Assembly (NCBI GenBank): GCA_964016885.1
Contig: OZ024742.1
Span: 187,302,001 to 187,366,000 of the forward strand
Direction of reading: 5' to 3'
Source of the DNA: Eledone cirrhosa
Lineage: Eukaryota
Length of the DNA: 64,000 nt
Shown: in pieces, positions 42,573 through 57,436 of the stretch
Layout: the number at the start of each line of letters is the position of its first letter
Position numbering within the stretch: the stretch's first letter is position 1
Notes under the pieces: generated by a model
The model's database searches: none
What the model saw: only the letters and a program-made list of their open reading frames with translations
What the model was told of the DNA's origin: nothing
Made by a program: the position numbers and the translations under genes

Positions 42573-42894
42573 TGTAATTTATACTGTGTAAAGTATATAT
42601 GTAAAAGTTTATATTACATATATATACACAGTGTATATTTTTTTATTTTTAAATGATAGACTTGTTGAATAAACGACGTCTCTGTCGAATCTGTTCTCCC
42701 GTCTTGATTCCCATTTCTTTTTCTTTGAAGAACGATTTAATGTAATAGACACCACTCGTAGTCATTAATTTAACATTCTTTTATTCTGTTATTGTTTTTC
42801 TTGTTTCAGACATTAGACAGAATGTATGGTGGGGTAATGTCTAGAAGGAATTTAGTCGATCCAGCAATATTTTATTTTTTTACGTTTTGGACAT

Positions 42895-43102
42895 ATTTTA
42901 CTGGTAAAATTAACCGACACGAGACTCAGGACGAGGCTTCAAGTAAGATGGTTGGATAACAACCATAAGCTTGGCTGGTCTCCCTTGGGGATTCAGTCGG
43001 ATTTATTGGAGACGGTTTCTTCTGACAGGATTGGCCGTATCGAGTGTTTGAGGACTCTGTCCTCACTCCGACGAAACTCTCGGGAATAAGTGGGATGAGG
43101 AG
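42895..43102 (+). mobile_element. RTE-clade LINE 3' end, same family as 24028-24277
   Basis: GATGGTTGGATAAC..GGCTGGTCTC.CTTGG.GAT.CAG..TTCTGACAGGA..GAGTGTT..AGGACTCTG aligns with 24148-24260. Confidence 0.75.
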
Positions 43103-43584
43103 GGAGAGGAGCAGAATGAGAAGGAGAAGGAGAAGGTGTGACGATAAGGGAATGAACCAGAACCACGTAGTTTCGAAGCCATATTCAATACTCAGCCATC
43201 ACTGAGTATATAAATATTTTTCTCTTACTTTTTTTCTATATTTTGCTATTTTAGATTTTGTTTATTTTCTTTTTAAATTTGCTTTTATTTGTTCCATATT
43301 TCCTGTTAATATACTCTTCACATGGGATGGAGATTTGTCAAAATCGATGGCGCTTCGGGTAAAATGGTATTGCATCATTTGTTCAGGCTCTTTTCATTCT
43401 TTGATCAAATCCTGACAAGTTCACTTTTATCCTTCATCCTTGCGGTGTCATTAAGATAAAGCAAAAGTCAAGTTCTGGTGTTGATTTAACCAAATTCCAC
43501 CAAATTTATTCGGTGGCCTTGTGCCTAATGTTTTAATCAATATATTCCCTCCATATTTAATACATGTTCATATAATAAAGTAAA

Positions 43585-43850
43585 GGCCCTGGTATTGGAC
43601 TTACGATCATCATGTCGTAGTTTCTATTCCTGGACAGGGTTGTATGTAGTGTTCTTGAGCAAAACACATCGCAAAACACATCATTTTATGTTGTATACTC
43701 AGCTGAAAATGAGCACCAGCAATAACTGAGGATTTAAATCTGTAATAGACTGTTGTCCTGACTAGTGGGGAGTCATGTACTCCCAGATGCTTCAGGCCAT
43801 ATACGGGATAAGCACAGGCCTAACGTAATTCCTGGCTTGAGACAAGACTT
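43585..43850 (+). mobile_element. SINE family C with Nin/Deu-like central domain
   Basis: tRNA-like head, GTGTTCTTGAGCAAAACAC, then CTGTAATAGACTG..GTCCTG..GGGGAGT..CTCCCAGATGCTTCAGGC..CGGGATAAGC, resembling the Nin domain as I recall it. Confidence 0.5.
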
Positions 43851-43867
43851 TAAACATAGTCTTTATA

Positions 43868-44088
43868 CAATGATTTCTACTATAGGCACAAGGCCAGCAA
43901 TTTTGGGGGAAGGGGGAAGTCGATTACATTAACCCCAGTGCATTACTGGTACTTTATTTTATCGACCCCGTAAGGAGGAAAGGTAAAGCAAACATCGGCG
44001 GATTTGAATTCAGATCATAAAGGGACGTAACTCTATGCTGAAAGGCATGGTGTCCGGCGCTCTGCCGATACTACCAATCTACCGCCCC
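43868..44088 (-). mobile_element. SINE family A, full length
   Basis: Reverse complement of the consensus including the head TACCAATCTACCGCC. Confidence 0.88.
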
Positions 44089-46759
44089 ACTTAGTCTTTA
44101 TATAATAAGAGTTAGTGTGAAATATAATAATTTGATATCTACTAATATTTACAAATATTTACATTCAACTTTTGATAAACTTCTTCAAGGTGGCAAACTC
44201 GTTTCAAAGGCCGATTATAATGCTTTGTGGTATCTGTCCTGTGGCATGCGATCCAAGTTCAAATCCCACTAAGGCTAGTCTTTTATCATTTCGAGAGCGA
44301 TAAATATACCACCAGCCCAGTGCAGTCCGGTGAATTAGCGAAATTATTTGTGTCAAACGTGATAACTTGTGGTATCTAATTCAGCTCTTTGTGCTCCAGG
44401 TTTGCAGGCGATATCACTGGTACCAGGCTTTATCGGGCTTTTTCTTTCACTTGGTCAACATCAAATACAGCGTGTATATATGTAGTTATATATAAATTGT
44501 GACGACACTAATGCCAAGATGTATCTAATTCCATTAGACAACATCTGTGACGCGGAGAGGGGAGACCGGAATGCATGACTAATTGCTGCTCTTCACCATA
44601 GATTAAAAAACGAAAGCCTGCCCGAGTATCCACTAGTGAGAGAAACTTTGCTAGTGCAATGGTGAGCTTTGACGGAAAGGGCCTTAAAGAAATTCTCTTC
44701 TATATCAGCTCTTGTTTAAAATAATTTATCCATTTATATTGGTTTAGTTTTCTCGCGCACACAACAACTATAACAACAACAGCAAAAAGTGGTTGGCCAA
44801 ACATTTAACAACTGTCCCGCAATTTAATCAATAGTTATATGTTAAGCCAGATGTTGTCTAATTTACTCTCATCACTCGGAAAATAGCAATTACTGCTGAT
44901 TTAAGTTGATTACTTGTGCTGAAATTAAAGTTGTTATCAGCTTTCTTTCAAGTGTTGCTATTATATTTCTACGCTTCTCAATGGTTTTCAAAGATGGTTA
45001 TAGTATTGTTTAATAAACTAGTGTTTAATGACTTGGAAAACTAATAGTCGATACAATTTATATACGAACTAACACAGAGAAAGTAAACTTATAGCAAATA
45101 TTAAAAAAATGTTATAGTTTATATGATGCATTATAAAATATGTGGAAAGGATTATTTTATGAAAACCAGAACAGTGCAATTTAGAAATAAATGAGAGAAA
45201 ACGAGAGTAAAAGAAGGCGAACAATATAACTATTTAGACTATTATATTATATTTCATTATATTTCGGAGTGGACCAATTTTTCAAAAGGAATATGATAGT
45301 AAATTCAGTATAGCTTGAGTATGGTGAAAAAGTGAATGATTAGGATTGTTTCGGGAAATCCAGTATGATCAAGTTAAAAATAAAGGAGTGAATACGAGAG
45401 TACAGTAAGATAAAGAAAACAACAGTTTAGTCTATTTTGGTATTAGACTTCTTTTTAAAAAGAAAGTGAATGGGATGTGATGGTGATTGTAAGTGGAGTT
45501 GTACCGCACAGATATTGGGACGGACGAGTGCTGACATGTGCAGACTAGTATCTATACTATAATAAAGGGAGGAGTGCAGAACAGCGTCCGTTTTACATTT
45601 TTTAATCCCGTTAGTAAAATAAGTTGGATTAATTTGAATAAAAAATGAATGAATATTACATAATTTATGTACTACATTTTGCAGCTGTTGATTTAACATA
45701 AGTATTCTTATATATAAATATTGCTTATTTTAAGATTCACTTCTTTCAAAATGTTCAAATGTTATTACTTCCGGTTACGATATAACGGATGCTATATCAC
45801 ATATCGCTAATATAAATGTCCATATATTTGCATTGTTATATCATAACCTTTATATTTCTATCGCTAATTTTCTCCTTTTTCGTTTTCATTGCGTTTCACG
45901 TATTGCAGTTTATATATAATATCGTCTTTTTTCATTGTATCATGGATTACTTTACTGATTACATAAGACAGTGTAACACAGTCTCTCTTCAATTTCTGTG
46001 CATATTGTCAATTACGGTTTTATTTGACATATCATATCTACATGCATATATAAAAATCACCCCGAAGTGTGGTTTTTCTGTTAGTAGTCATAATAGACGA
46101 TCGGTTTCATGTAGCTAGCGTCTGTTATTAACGAGAGGTTCTAATATAGTGATGAGGATGACCTCCGTGATTAGTAAGTTTTTGATATTATTTTCGATAC
46201 TCTCTGTGGTATATTTATTATCCTCTTTCTGAAAGTGTTATAGATGTGTTCTGTTAATAGTTTCTATCATAAGCCCAAATGGTGAGAATTAGAAATGATA
46301 TCAGTACATGACTGGTACGTCATGTCATCGAACCCAGAAAAATGAAATACAAAATTAACCATAGTGGTGAGATTTGAATTCAGAAAGTAAATGGCTGTGA
46401 CTAACTATCGCAAGACTTGACTAGCCTGCCGTCTAAGAGGAACCAGTATTTTTTTTCGAACAAAAATGCTTTTGTGTCTGGTGATGGTTCAATCAAGATA
46501 TGTCACGTATCTCTTTTTTCCACATTGGTGAATTGACAGAGTTGTTAGGGTGTCAGATCGAATATCCCATGGCATTTGTTACGCCTCTCTCTGCTCTGAT
46601 TTAAATCCAGCCAATGTTATCCTTGCCTTTCATCCATTCTGTAATATAACGTAGCACCCCATCCTCGCTGAGGATTAGTGGAATAGTATTTCAGCACTTT
46701 GAGATTTGAGTTCAAAATCCCCCCCCCCCCCACCAGCAATTCAAATCCCCCACTCAAGT

Positions 46760-47083
46760 GCTAGGGTTAATCATCCAACTACAGGACTACACTATATTAT
46801 GAAAGTAGCAATAGGTAATGTAGAACTGTGACTGCCCTCTACTGTAACCCTATTGTCAGGGCTAATCACCCAACTACTATACTACTGTAGATTATGAAAG
46901 TAGCAATAGGTAATGTAGAACTGTGACTGCCCTCTACTGTAACCCTATTGTCAGGGCTAATCACCCAACTACTATACTACGGTAGATTATGAAAGTAGCA
47001 ATAGGTAATGTAGAACTGTGACTGTCTTCTACCACATTGTCTGGGATGATCACCCTACAATTAACTACAGTAGATTATGAAAG
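46760..47083. repeat. 95-bp tandem repeat, about 3 units
   Basis: ATTATGAAAG at 46796, 46891, 46986 and 47074. Confidence 0.92.
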
Positions 47084-47657
47084 CTGCAGTTTGAAGGAGG
47101 ATTGTGGTAGTCTGCAACTGCAGTCGAACGATGATAATGTTAAGGCTGTACCAAATAAAATGACATTTTTTAAAAGAAAATTTAAACACAATATGTGATT
47201 AATTGAATGCATTTCATCAAAATATGTCCCAATATGTTCAGATTGCTTTTGCCAAAGTTATATTAATCTATAATTTGAAAAGATAATCTATAATTTGAAA
47301 AGCTCTTCGTCTTGTGAGTTTATGAACTGCTCTGATACTTCAAATACGGTTTCTTACTTTGTGAATATTTTATTACATATAAACAGTTTCTAGTGTTTAA
47401 GTAGGTGGTAATCTGTTGGGGAAGACATCAGAAGATTAGTTAGTACGGTAAAATTCCACAACCTATCTATTCTAAATCTACGTTCAATGATATTCGATTA
47501 ACTTTGAAAATAATCAAAAATTATAAGGAATTTAGTAATATAACTAAAGTTTTCATTATTAAGCTGGTGTTTCCTTGTTTTATCAAGAGCGTGTGTGCAT
47601 TTATGTTCTGTCTCTTTCACTTACTTCTTTCGTCTCTTTCGCTCTCTCCATCTATCG

Positions 47658-48036
47658 TTGGTGCATTGGCAATATCGTTAGAGGGTCGGACGCCATGTTT
47701 TGCAACATGGAGTTACAGGCCTTTACGATCTGAGTTCAAATCCCGCTGAGGTTATCTTTGCCTTTCATCCTTACGGGGTCGATAAAATAAAGTACCAGTA
47801 ATGCACTGGGATAATTGCTGGCCTTGTGCCAAAAGTAGAAACAATTATGATATTCATTATTTGAATTGGCAGTATCGGTGGAGGTTCGAACGCCATGCTT
47901 TCCAGCATAGTTACGTCCCTTTACGGTCTGAGTTCAAATCCCGTCGACGTTAACTTTGCCTGTGATTGATAAAATAAAGTACCAGTAAGGCACTGGGATA
48001 ATTGCTGGCCTTGTGAAAAAAGTAGAAACAATTATT
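47658..48036 (+). mobile_element. Two tandem SINE family A copies (47658-47848 and 47862-48036)
   Basis: Both carry A box, B box and the ACAATTAT end. Confidence 0.88.
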
Positions 48037-50914
48037 ATATTTGCAATGGCTGTTCAGAATAATTGGTCAATTTCTGTTGATATGTGTTGGTCGTTTTGAG
48101 TTTAGTGTTTAATGTATATTTCAATTTTCCGACAATATGCACTCGTTGCAAAAGAAATGTAAGACGGACGAGGTCTTTTCCACACCACCACAAAATCACC
48201 ATAGTCATTTATTTTTGCGCAGCTGTAAATATTTTTGAGACTCGTTCGCATCGACCTGTTCTCCAGATCGTATAATTTTATCTCATATCTTTGACATTTG
48301 AGGAAAAACATGAAAAGACGTATTAATGTCTTTCCTCAAATCCAGAATTCTCGAATTCAGTAAAAGAATTTTATTTTTACTTCACATAAAAAAAAAACTT
48401 TGTTGAAATATTAAATTTCGTTTTCACCATACATTGAACTACTCGCGAGAGATTATAAATTCAGTTCTTTTAGAAGCCCAACATTTAATTAAAATTCTTT
48501 ACATTTCATAATCGCATTTCTAGTTAATGCATTTCTGTTCACAATTTCACAATTCTGTTACATTTTATATTTCATTGAATGTTTTACACAAATCAATATT
48601 TGAAGAGCTTACGATCGAAATATCTACAATACTATTTTTGGACAAATATTAAATCTTTGATGAAACATAAAGATCTTGGGTTGCTTGCATATACTTATTT
48701 CTGGCTATGGGGTTCAGGATTTCACTCGGCAACCAAGTGGTCTAGGGCGTGTATCTTCGACTGATAGCTTCTTGTTAACCGATGCCTCGTGTGTGAAATT
48801 TGGTTAACGTAAACACTGTTAAAGCCTCTCTTCTGTACGCATAGATATATGCATATGCATATGCACACACACACACCCACGTATATATATCTATGTGTGT
48901 GTGTGTGTGTGTGTGTTTCTGTATGTGTGTAAGTGTGTTGTCTCTGTATGTGTGTTTGTTTGGTTGTGTTTGAGTGTGTTTGTGGGTGTTTTGTATTTGT
49001 GTGTGCGTGCTTGTGCGTCTGTATGTGTGTGTGTGTGTGCTTGTGTATGTGTGTGATTGTGTGTTGTCTTGTGTGTGTGCTTGTGTGTGTGTATGTGTGT
49101 GTGTGCAGGTGTGTATATGTTTATATTTATTGTTTATGTTGTTCCAATCTTCTACGACTTCATCATCGAATGTGTTCTAATTTTTAAAATGGTGGAAGGC
49201 AACTTGGTTGCTCTTTCTAGCAGATAGAGTGATCCCGATGATGCTCACGCGTCTCCCATAATAATCAGGCTTAATTCGATTAAGTATCATATTTGGAGAA
49301 ATAGTATCGTGCCAAAAGAAAAGCAATTTATTATAGCGAAAGTAGAACAAAATAAAAATAATATAGCATGGAATAAAAAATAAAAACAAAAACACCCTCC
49401 TATTTATTTGGCTCCAGTGTTTTATGTTTAGAGCCCCTTACAAACCTTTTGTTTACCTCTTAGAGAATCTCTAGACTCAACTCATTCAAATACTTCTAAT
49501 TTAAAAAATAAAATCATTATGTCTATGTTTATATTTCCGCTTTTTTAAAGTTAAAAACCATTTCAATATTACTTTCTCTTAAATCACATAGAATCAATTA
49601 ACTTCCCAGCGTAACGTGTACAATTTGATAGAAATTCTAAATTGAAACATCATTCTATTTATCTTTTGTTTCTCTATATAAAGATATAATATATTGTATG
49701 TTTTTCAAATAGTCACAATATTTATGTTATAATTTAAAGTTATAATTATGAAATATTATAACGTCCCGGAATCATAATAAAACTTCCGTGAATACAGAAA
49801 TGTTATTTGAGTTGTAATAGGGAATGTTTTGTTGTTTCGCCTTTCTTTCTTGAAATATCTAGGATTTCGTCTTTGTTGTGTAATGTTTTATAAAGCATTC
49901 CAACCGTGACCATTGCCGTCAATATTCATTATATTTAGCTATTGAAATATAGAAGCCCCTTTAGATTTAGAGTTATATTGCTGTTCTTTTACAGAGCGAA
50001 TTGTTTGTTGGTTTCATATATAAATTCTTTCATGGTTTTATTTTCATGGCAAGAAAATAGACTAAAGTCCAGTGACTATTTCTAGGGTCTTTGAGACTGG
50101 TGGGAAGAAAAAAGGGGAAGAATGAAACAGTCTGAATCGAAACTTTGCCAGAGTAATTATGTTCGTCTAAAATCTTCATGGTATATATGTTAGTATATAT
50201 TGTGTGTTTGGCTACATTTGTGAGTGATTCCACAAAGACACATGCCCTTAGTGCAACACACTGTGAATGAACTCAAAGTCAAACGGTTGCAAAGCAAACT
50301 CCTTCCACACTCACGCACGCAAGGCAGCGCAATTTTTCTATGTATTTTCTAAGGATATAAACGACTTAACTAATATGAAATAATTTTTTAAAATATGAGG
50401 AAAATTATGATAAACATTAGAAATATAAATAAACGCTAGCAAGGTTATTTCATAATTTTTTTTACTGTGTCTCAATTGTAACTTATATTATTATATAGAT
50501 TAATTCTTAACATATTGATCTGAAAAGTAATATTTTTTCCCATTGGTAGTAGTGGTGACGGTTTGAACTGATGCAGATATGTTTCTAGAAGCAAGTGAGT
50601 AGGAGCGGTGGTGGTGAGTCTTGCTTAATTGCTTGTATCAATTATGACTGTGTTCCTAAATAAAACTATAAACATAACCTATTTATGTAGGTTTACGTTC
50701 CTCTTTGCTTCCCAATACCACTGCGAACGATCACTTGAAAGCCCAATGTTTCTCTTTGATCTCATTGCCCATATTATATTAATCGATCAATCAGTTCCAA
50801 TAAATTGTGCAATATTTTGGTGACGGGGGGTGGAGAGGGAGATGTAGGCAGGCGCATGGAGTGAAGTGAAGTGAAGTGAAGTGAAAGGTACAATATTAAT
50901 AATATCAAAAGTCA

Positions 50915-51698
<784 letters not shown>

Positions 51699-53559
51699 TC
51701 GACGTTATCACCCCTTCCTTTCTCAGTCATTATCACCTCTTCCTTCGTCAGGCATCTCTTGTGACGGACAAAAACACAAGGGTATTATATATTATTAGAT
51801 GCTTGTTTCAGTTCTACGTTTATTGTTCTTCACTGTGTCGAAATAGAATTTTGTAAACTTCTCTTCCTTGTTCAATTACCCACGCACATAATGAAATAAA
51901 CAGGATACGATAAAAACCAGTAAAATTTAGAATACAACAAACTTGTTCCAGCGCATCTCCCTTACCATCCCCGGAGGAAACACTTTCTCCATTCTGTCCG
52001 CCGCGGCAGTGGGCGACCAACACGTGGGACCCCATTTGCTCATAATACAGAAACATGGGGAGGACGAGAGAGATGGAGGCGATGACGGTTGGAACTCGGC
52101 TCTTCTGTGTGCATTTATCAATTCTATGTTGCTGTTGATACTTAAATATCCGAAGATATGCGATTGAAGCAAGATTAAACCAAGTTTTTAATTAATTGAC
52201 ATCCGCTAGTTTACTTCAGTAAATTTCTTTCAAACATAAAAAAAGCCAAAACAACATCCCTTTCTTCCGCTATTGACTCAACTTGGCCCAATGGTTATGA
52301 GGTTTGTTTCGTAATCGTTATGTCAACAGATCGATCCCATTACGTGGCATTTTGGGCAAATGTTATTTACTATGCCCTTGGCTCGACCCATGCCTTGTCA
52401 GTGACAATTAGAAGTCCGTACATGTAATTCAATGGGCCAGCCATTTTACAGTGTCACACGCTTGTTTTCCTTGAGAATTAACTTACGCTGGAAGAAGTTT
52501 GTTGACCGCATGGGGACAATGTTGGAAAATATATCTCATTTGGTTACATTCCATGAGAGTATCTTGGTCAACCTATGAACTTTTCAGCCGACTCTCGTAA
52601 ATATACATGTATCTGTTTAATTCTCAACCACTTACACGTTAATTTTACGACCAGGTTCGAATACCTGGAACGCTCATCATTTCCATTTCTTTTACTCTTT
52701 TACTGGTTTCCATGACTGAACCTTGAAGGGATATAGCCGAGCTTAACGATAGTGGTATTTAATTTTTTATTTCATGCCGAACTGATAATATGGGACATAA
52801 ACAAACAAAACACACGGGCACACACACGCCCTCTCCTCCACACCCTCTCTCTCACGCACACTCACACTCACTCGCACAAAGACTCTCACACATATAAATA
52901 TATATATAAATATATATATATATATATGAATTGTTCATGGGCAAAAGACATATAAGACCAACAATGAAGGCAGTACGCAATTCATATTGAGTTACAGGGT
53001 AGGTGTAGTTAAAAGGACACTCAGATTTCAATAGCTGTATATATAAGATATATATATAAGGCATTGATAGAATGAACATGCGTGTGGTGACAGAGTAGGA
53101 CTGAACCTGATACTATATTATTGCAGTACGAACTCCAAGACTCGTGTAGGCTTGCAGCTATAGCAATATACTTACACTCACACAAACACAGTTCGGAACT
53201 ATCTCGTGAAAGACGGCAGGAGCTCAGCCGTCGGGGTCCCGACTCCTTCATATTACCACACTCTACTACCCCAAGTAACGAGTAATCTGGTGAGTAATGG
53301 TCTAACAGGTTTTTGCTGCATTCATTCTAATATATATATATATACAGCACATTTCTCCCACCAACAAAACAACTTGGCCTCATTCCCTGCCAACTTTTCA
53401 GAAGGCATGATGGAAGAAATTTTACTGAAACATTCGCTTTTGATTTTAATTTAAAACCTTTTTTACTCCATTTTTAATTAAATTTTTTCACTGAATTTGA
53501 CAAGATGGATCTTAATACATCGAAAGGGGTAATTTTCTCATACTTTATATAGGTCGAAT

Positions 53560-54167
53560 ATTCTATCATATATTTCAACACACAACCCAAGAAATGCGGA
53601 AGCTTACAACACTATTCACAAGAATATCCCACTACTGAAACAAGACCCAAGAATGAAAAACGCCCTTGAAACACACAAAATAATCAAAAGCAAAAGACAA
53701 CCGAAATCACTGAAAACATTACTCACCAATGCCAAATTACCTACCACAAACCCACAACCAACTGTCAAAAAATGTGGTCGCTCTAATTGTGGAACCTCCA
53801 CTCACCTCATTGAAGGCAACGCGTATACATTTAAATCAGGACAACATTTGGCTGTAAAAAATCACTTCACCTGAACATCAAAAACTCTAGTTTATGCCAT
53901 TAAATGTAAAGGAGCCATGAAGAGTATATAGGACAAACTAAACTCACACTCAGAAACAGAATGACAGTTCATCGCCAACAATTACGAGATCCAACCACGA
54001 GACAGATACCACTAAGCGCACATCTATACATATGCGCAAGTAATAAGACACCCAAATTCCAAGTCTTCGCATTTTACCTTTGCGCTGACAATACAACAGA
54101 ATAAATACGAATAAATAACGAAAATATCTTTATTCAAAAATATAGTCCAGCATTAAATATGGTTTAA
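53560..54167 (+). pseudogene. PLE Zn-finger linker + GIY-YIG endonuclease remnant (Neptune-like)
   Basis: YISTHNP..KRQPKSLKTLLT..KCGRSNCGTS..FT*TSKTLVYAIKCKG, then (frameshift) HEEYIGQTKLTLRNRMTVHRQQ..HL..IQKYSPALN. Confidence 0.85.
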
Positions 54168-55266
54168 TATACATTATGTCAACACTATAACATGCTAACC
54201 ATCCAAACATACACATACACACACACATAACACCTTCTACTTTAGAAAATAAAAACCCGAACTAAATAAACCTTAACATACATTTGCGCTGACAATGCAA
54301 AAGAAGACATACGAATAAGTAAGGAAAATATGTTCATTCAAAAATATTCCTACTAACGGAATCATTTTCCTACACACACACACATACACACACAATATAT
54401 ATTCTCTTCATCTTAACATGCTAACCATACTCCCACACACACATAACACCCATACACACACACAACTCCCTCCCCCATCTTTACTAATAGAATCACTTTC
54501 CTACACACATATATACACACACACAAAATATATTCTCTTCATCTTAACATGCTAGCCATACTCCCACACACACATAACAACCATACACACATAACCCCCT
54601 CCCCCCACACATACAACTCCCTCCCCATTTCTACTAATAGAATCATTTTTCTACACAGATATACACACACACAAAATATATATATTCTCTCCATCTTAAC
54701 ATACCCCCCCTATACACACATAACACCCACATACACACACACACACAATTCCCTCCCGCATTTCTACTAATAGTATCATCTTCCTATACACACACACACA
54801 CACACAAGTACACACACAAGCACACAAATAAACATACATATCTTTACTTTCTTTATTTCAATAGAAAATCTGAATTCTGACACCCCAGCTAACCAACCAT
54901 ATTCACTGAACAAGAACAATTCTCCCATCTCATTTCTCTTGACCATTATCTTTTGCTTGTCATAAAATTCTCTAAAAGGCTACAAAATAAATTACCAAAT
55001 ACGTGCGCGAATTTAATAAATTTGTTCACGTGACAGTTTTAATTTCATTTATAACCAATCAAATTATATTTATTAAAAAAAGCCTTCGTGAGCCACTTTT
55101 TTTAAAGTAAATACAAATTCAAACAAACTTACGGGAAAGCTGATATACTTAGTCACGTGACTACATCAACCAACCAAACTTCACTCATATATGAAAAAAC
55201 AACCTGCTATATTCACTGAACCAGACAATTCTCCCATCCCATTTATCTTGAACATTATCTTGTTTT

Positions 55267-55447
55267 GGGCAGTATCGGTAGAGGGTCGGGCACCATGCTT
55301 TGATGCATAGAGTTGCGGCCCTTGTCATTCTGAGTTCAAATCCGGCCGAGGTTAACTTTGCCTTTCATCCTTATGGGGTAGATAAAATAAAGTACCAGTA
55401 ATACACTGGTTAACGCTGGCCTTGTGCCAAAAAAGTAGAAACACTTA
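55267..55447 (+). mobile_element. SINE family A inserted in the PLE 3' duplication
   Basis: Absent from the paralogous block at ~54945; flanked by TTATCTT on both sides (candidate target-site duplication). Confidence 0.88.
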
Positions 55448-55946
55448 TCTTATGGTTCTCATAAAATTCTCTAAAAGGCGACAAAATAATTTCCCAAATA
55501 CGGGCGCGAAATTTAATGAACTTGTTCACGTGACAGCCATAATTTCATTTATAACCAATCAAATTACATTTATTTAAAAAAAAGCTTAGGTGAGCCCCTT
55601 TTTTTAAGTAAAAAGAAATTCAAACTCTCATATATGAAAAAACAACCAGAGCCCCCCCCCCCCCCAATTACTTATCTAAAAACCTGGCGTTTCGAGCCAC
55701 TTTTTTTCCATATAAAGCAAGTAACATTCAAACACTAACCAGATGTGAGAAAAACCACACACCCTCCATCACAACTCTACTTTTTAAAATCAGAAGAACT
55801 GCTAAACCGGTAAAGGAACCAAATAAATATATACATATTTTTAAAAATAAAACTCCATTTGCATTTTCGATTTCATCTTTTTTTCTTTATACTTTCACTC
55901 GTGTAGGACACCTCGATTATTTTTCATTTTGTAAAAAAAGATCACA

Positions 55947-56066
<120 letters not shown>

Positions 56067-56260
56067 TAGCATATATATATATAGCGCGGGTTGCTGAAAT
56101 GCTCCTGGCTTTAAAGTTATCCAGAGGCGTAGTTGAAAGCCCAGCCTTCTGAGTTCTTTTTCCGAAGGTTTAGGGAAACTGAATGTCCATTGCAATAATC
56201 AACTGATCCTTCTGTATTTTCTTTTAACTAAAGCCAGAAACCTTTCAACATCTCCTCGTT

Positions 56261-56358
<98 letters not shown>

Positions 56359-56888
56359 AACACATGCATATTTACAAATATATGTATATATACATATATA
56401 TGTATATATAAATATATTCCTGCTTGTGTGTATGTTTCTGTGTTTATACGTACTTTTTTGCACTGAAGCAATATTATTGTTTTATAAGATTGTAAAATTA
56501 ATTTCTTAATACAATTTGAAAACTTTAACAAAATAATCAATGAAATATATACAAGACTAATTGACTTAATGTATTATTCATATATAAGCAGACTTTTCGA
56601 CCCAATAGTTCAGCCCCAGGGCAACATTTATTGGGGAGAAAATATCATCATATATATACATACATATATATATGGGTATATTTTCAATTGCGAGGGGTAA
56701 TTGAAAACATAACCTTTGAGTTTTCTTCTCTATATACAGTATATATATATATATATATATTGTTATGCTTTAGGAGGGTCATGTTGCCAATAAGAAACAT
56801 ACGCACCAGTTGCTTTCACTCCAATTTATTTTAAATTAAATTTATAAATTTAAGAATTTATAAATTTCCGGTTGGTTGGTTGGTTCTG

Positions 56889-56956
56889 CAATCAGACGAT
56901 TGTTCATATATTGCAAAGTTCTTTCATTACACATGCTGTGACCTCTTCAGTGACTG
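56889..56956 (-). ncRNA. Decayed hammerhead motif within the 56770-57170 pLTR-like fragment
   Basis: CAGTCA-CTGAAGA-GGTCACA GCA TGTGTAAT-GAAA-...CAATCG-TC-TGATTG: core, 6-bp stem I and GUC site intact; stems II and III eroded. Confidence 0.55.
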
Positions 56957-57245
56957 AGGATTCTTTTCTTTGTTTTTGTGCCCCTCCTTTGTTCTGTCCT
57001 ACGCCATCTTGTTTTTGTGTGTATTGTGTGCTTAGTTCGCGCATGTTTTACATCCGGGTGTCTGTGTGTGTTTATATTTGTTTATTTATTTGTTTATTTA
57101 CATGTTACTGGTTGGTTGGTTGTTCTATGTGTGTGTGTTTTCTTTTTGTCCTCAATTGTAAGTTGTGATGTTGCTATTCCATTCATGTTTTCTATTTAAT
57201 TTAGGATTTTTTTATAAAGAATCTTGCTAAACAAATTCAGAAACG

Positions 57246-57288
<43 letters not shown>

Positions 57289-57365
57289 CCCCGTAAGGAT
57301 GAAAGGCAAAGTTAACCCCGGCGGGATTTAATATAAGATCAAAAGATGGTTAAAAGTGTTCCAAG

Positions 57366-57436
57366 TATTTTATTATGCGCATTTCAAAAATAAATATCAT
57401 CCTGGGATGATATCTCCGTTTTCATCAGATGAAATA
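57366..57436 (-). ncRNA. Minimal type I hammerhead in the PLE pLTR
   Basis: TATTTCAT-CTGATGA-AAA..ATATCATCC CA GGATGATAT..TTT-GAAA-TGCGCA-TA-ATAAAATA; same family as 15764-15831. Confidence 0.82.

Noticed and set aside
42811-42840. Micro-exon between TTTCAG and GTAATG
   Set aside because: Too short to evaluate and adjacent to an RTE LINE remnant.
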